From assembly GCA_046349855.1 (NCBI GenBank), contig JAXMBM010000013.1, forward strand, positions 4,269 through 68,268: a stretch of 64,000 nt of DNA, in the 5' to 3' direction. The notes below the pieces were generated by a model, which saw only the letters and a list, made by a program, of their open reading frames with translations, made no database searches and was not told the origin of the DNA. Positions 62,101 to 64,000 of this stretch are shown in pieces (position 1 is the stretch's first letter; each line of letters begins with the position of its first letter). This DNA is from Pirellulales bacterium (GTDB taxonomy: Bacteria > Planctomycetota > Planctomycetia > Pirellulales > Pirellulaceae). Position numbers and translations under genes: made by a program.

Positions 62101-64000
62101 ACGCCCCACCACCGAGCGGACTCAAAACGGCGACTTGACCCGGTGCCCTGGGATTCGTCGTACGCGTCGGTATCCTGCCAGGTGGCCAAACGCTTCCCCG
62201 AGCTGCCATCCAGCAGATCCACAAACAGCGACATCGACAAAGGCCACTCGTCGACCTCCCGTGGGCCCGACGAGATCACCACCACCTCGTCGCAGCCATC
62301 CGTATTCACATCGAGCGTCGTGAGTATTTCGTCGCAGGACGCACCCTCGCGCGGGTAGACCGTGTGCGTCCAGCGTTCCTGGCCCGTGACCAGGTCGTAG
62401 CGGCGAATGGCCAGCTGAGCCGATGAAGCCGTTCCTTGCTGACGCGCGATTTCACGCGGTACAAGCAGATCGACTTTTCCATCGTGATCCAGATCGGCGA
62501 ATCGGCCCCACGGCTGATTCGACAATCGATGCAGACGCTGCTGGGTGACCAGCGATTCGTCATGCAACGCGATCCGGCTGCGATCGGGCTCGCCCAACGT
62601 CTGCCAGACGGTATCCAGGAAGGAGGATGGGCTGTGAGCGTCTCGGACGGTGAGTACTTGCCAGAACAACTCATGAGTACCGTCACCAAGGACATCGGCC
62701 GATTGGGGACGCGCCGCCAGGGGACCGCCGAACGCCAACGGTGTTCCGATCACTTCGCCACTCGCCAGACGCACCGGCACCGCCTGGCTAGGGGTGATGG
62801 CGACGAGAGCGGGAGCACCCGCGACGGTCACCTGGGCGAGTTCACACGGGAACTGGTAGCCGTCGTCCTGGAAGAAGACGCCTTGCTTTCCGTCAGCAGG
62901 ATTCAGCGGAGACAGCAGCGGCAAGTCGTGGTGCCAGAGGGTCTGGCCCGTTTTGCCGGAAGCGGCCTCGATCCACAACTGGCCTTGGCCATGCAGGTAC
63001 CCTAACCATATGAGATCGGGCGTGGAGTCGCTGTCGACGTCAGCGAGGCAGGGTGAAGCGGCTAGCCGCCCCGCCGCTCCCGGTGTCGATCGCAGCCAGC
63101 GGATCGTGCCGTCGGCTCCCGAAAACACGATGCAGGGAAGTTGGTCGTGCATGGGCCAGCAGGCCAGCAGATCGGGTTGTGCATCGTCATCGATCGATCG
63201 ATCGAGTCCCAGCCAGATGGGGCGGAATTCGGTCCAGCGCCACGGCTGAGCCAGGTCGCGCCACAAGGCGAGGTGCGCTGGATCGAGTCCCGGTGGAACG
63301 GTGGTTCCCGTGTCGATCGGCACCGTCCACACCGGACGCAGGCTGCTTCCGTCGAGACGCCGCAGTGCGCTGCGCTGAAAGCGGTTTTCGAACAACAGCA
63401 GATCGACCCGCGAACCCAACCGGATGAGATCCACGTGCTCGGTCGGGTCGAGTCGCAACGGTGCCCAGAACCGATCTTCGGCCAGGTCGATCGAAAACGT
63501 GGCTTGCCGGCCGGCGTCGATGGAGGCGGTGTAGTCTTGACTGAGCATGCCGGCACCGGCGGCGCGCAGGCGGTACTCGCCGCCCACCAGCGGTTGAGGT
63601 TGCTCGGTGGGAATGGTGAACGCCAACGGAGGCGAGCGGTTGTCCACGGGTTGCAGCTGGGCGCCTAGCGGCAACCCGTCGGTCTTGAGTGCCATCCGTC
63701 CGATCTGCTGCTCGCGCCGCCAGTCCCAGACGACGTATGCCAGCGTCGCCACGAGGACCGTCGTCACGATCGTCACGCCGACGGACTGCACGATCCGCTG
63801 GTGGCGACGCACTCGCCGCCAGGTACTTTCGATCACCCCGAGCGGGCGAGCGCGGATTGGTTCGCCGCGCAGGAATCGCTCCAGTTCCTCGGCGACCTCC
63901 GCTGCGGACGGATATCGTCGCGCGGGGTCTTTGTCGAGGCACTTCAGGCACATGGTGTTCAAGTCGACGGGAACAGCCTGGTTGAGCGACTGCGGCGACA
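59133..64000 (-). CDS. Ser/Thr kinase (N-terminal part beyond the window) - TM - ~1100-aa FG-GAP/VCBS-like propeller ectodomain - C-terminal polytopic membrane domain
   Basis: The frame is open to the window edge. The first readable residues, ...VDLNTMCLKCLDKDPARRYPSAAEVAEELERFLRGEPIRARP, are the end of a Hanks kinase domain. So the track's ATG at 63962 is internal. Repeats: DVDSDSTPDLIW, DLDHDGKVDLLV, LDVNTDGCDEVVV, PDLDGDGLIDLLV, DYDGDGRLELLV, LDLDGDGTRDFVL and LDVDGDGQEEIAL. The last ~400 aa contain about 9-10 hydrophobic helices. Confidence 0.85.
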   Translation of the reverse strand, partial: SPQSLNQAVPVDLNTMCLKCLDKDPARRYPSAAEVAEELERFLRGEPIRARPLGVIESTWRRVRRHQRIVQSVGVTIVTTVLVATLAYVVWDWRREQQIGRMALKTDGLPLGAQLQPVDNRSPPLAFTIPTEQPQPLVGGEYRLRAAGAGMLSQDYTASIDAGRQATFSIDLAEDRFWAPLRLDPTEHVDLIRLGSRVDLLLFENRFQRSALRRLDGSSLRPVWTVPIDTGTTVPPGLDPAHLALWRDLAQPWRWTEFRPIWLGLDRSIDDDAQPDLLACWPMHDQLPCIVFSGADGTIRWLRSTPGAAGRLAASPCLADVDSDSTPDLIWLGYLHGQGQLWIEAASGKTGQTLWHHDLPLLSPLNPADGKQGVFFQDDGYQFPCELAQVTVAGAPALVAITPSQAVPVRLASGEVIGTPLAFGGPLAARPQSADVLGDGTHELFWQVLTVRDAHSPSSFLDTVWQTLGEPDRSRIALHDESLVTQQRLHRLSNQPWGRFADLDHDGKVDLLVPREIARQQGTASSAQLAIRRYDLVTGQERWTHTVYPREGASCDEILTTLDVNTDGCDEVVVISSGPREVDEWPLSMSLFVDLLDGSSGKRLATWQDTDAYDESQGTGSSRRFESARWWGVDARGFPQLVVATRNDSAPRNRRRLHVLSPLEGRETQRVDDVGSWHLPDLDGDGLIDLLVARESLDGQQIQAYRSKAPVVWRRLGRLQAAQDLDHDGRAEYVDVDAQDGRHVRILRATDGRLLQTIHPAWTSRALRAPLQAFSWPAPMGNLGGDHTADLLLAGEYHLNPLPTSARTATHPFPLQAIDGRTGHLLWREPQWTLPASLLERNPQTVFVLGIEVRGEDYDGDGRLELLVTYRLEWGEATWSGMLGQLWLAMIDPDRGTFRWQRPVGDVHLLASAIGSEELPWFVAPEVLDLDGDGTRDFVLTVPRPQASGSYPSGPFQFDIEAVSGREGRTLWPSRRLATTLSNIRRSAAVITRMPVVVVTELVAGDRPTIVVAETLLDSRRNDLTATSRTCRVTALRGQDGRELWQHEWQSGGTPHEQMASQLNVAAVRSTEKGGRLIVVREYDQTPNSGGDALTWLNPDGTLLRRNIGEKSWTSDPATTRLWPLDVDGDGQEEIALTRSSRLRLERPDGTSCWPETIQRMGEVMAVESPTSGPRLVVSDHAGYAAIDARTGAVLWRCETGVPIAAHPRESRLVGSGATDKLPQLLSVGEDSLVRVALRVDEAGRYVPGIREGELPAPAADGRFLRRLPWDYAGRADNHLWLAALCGSLLIVVPLIPVYLAVRRGRWNLKTWLMAPVLVAYVIVTSNLLMRLGDGVSEPPTLMRLWITAASGLFVLVFPALVIRWIWHREWIHLTALLGGSLAITLLFGGIGYRNAVSTLGPGESFRWTGPPMLNLWMPAAIIASWLGLAAAAIRRVLGPRTPRLSRPAGGTPRWALVRCMAGAVAVLGGTTAMIAEVFLVYRSAALALVPLSLWGLAAMAGLVVGVWLLRGLGRSLPGAWWIYGAVFVGGILGAVIGIASTDASVGAVTNTSYELSLRIWGRSILVTRGELAVLEPAMLVLGIGLGWVHVLAGGMLGALAGSLMRRITTSATDRMTKQDG

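Noticed and set aside
63960-63962. ATG at 63962 as the start of the 1609-aa ORF.
   Set aside because: The frame stays open to the window edge. The residues around it (VDLNTMCLKCLDKDPARRY) are the C-terminal lobe of a kinase domain, so the true start is off-window.
1-64000. A visual scan of both strands for tRNA, rRNA, transposase, integrase, phage or toxin-antitoxin genes.
   Set aside because: I found no T-loop/acceptor-like tRNA signatures, no rRNA-like stretches and no recombinase or transposase motifs. A proper tRNAscan/Infernal/ISfinder run is still needed, because eye scanning can miss them.

Overview
High-GC window (about 65-70% G+C by eye) whose gene content looks like Planctomycetota, probably Pirellulales-like. 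Markers are a DUF1559 prepilin-like protein, a PVC-type heme-binding CxxCH protein, giant Hanks kinases with beta-propeller ectodomains, a BlaI plus giant BlaR1-like pair, and futalosine-pathway menaquinone genes.

Gene order:
- 1-11.5 kb, minus strand: ECF sigma factor, then a 1943-aa ZAS-motif/kinase/WD40 protein, then a DUF1559 protein, then one ORF carrying two complete subtilase (S8) modules that runs off the window.
- 11.5-20.6 kb: secreted repeat proteins embedded in a hotspot of two short GC-rich inverted-repeat element families (R1, R2).
- 20.6-27.9 kb: visibly lower-GC island of mostly frameshifted glycan-biosynthesis genes (GT2, GT4-like, sugar C-methyltransferase-like), with an apparently intact FkbM methyltransferase.
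- 28-64 kb, core genes: ctpA-like S41 peptidase, tsaD, heme-binding dehydrogenase-like protein, FG-GAP protein, SNF2 helicase with a translationally coupled Zn-ribbon partner, the operon menG/ubiE - ubiX-like - mqnP - mqnE, MFS transporter, 1124-aa BNR/CBM9-like protein, acs, a polytopic membrane protein, blaI/blaR1-like, and a 5'-truncated kinase/FG-GAP/polytopic-membrane protein.

I saw no rRNA, tRNA or CRISPR array. I cannot point to a clear-cut novel multigene system. The best second-look candidates are:
- the R1/R2/R3 hairpin-element families;
- the sigma/ZAS-kinase/pseudopilin/double-subtilase chain;
- the SNF2 plus Zn-ribbon pair;
- the ubiX-like gene, which is riddled with indels at short C/G runs;
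- the decayed low-GC glycan island.

All family assignments come from reading motifs by eye, not from searches.
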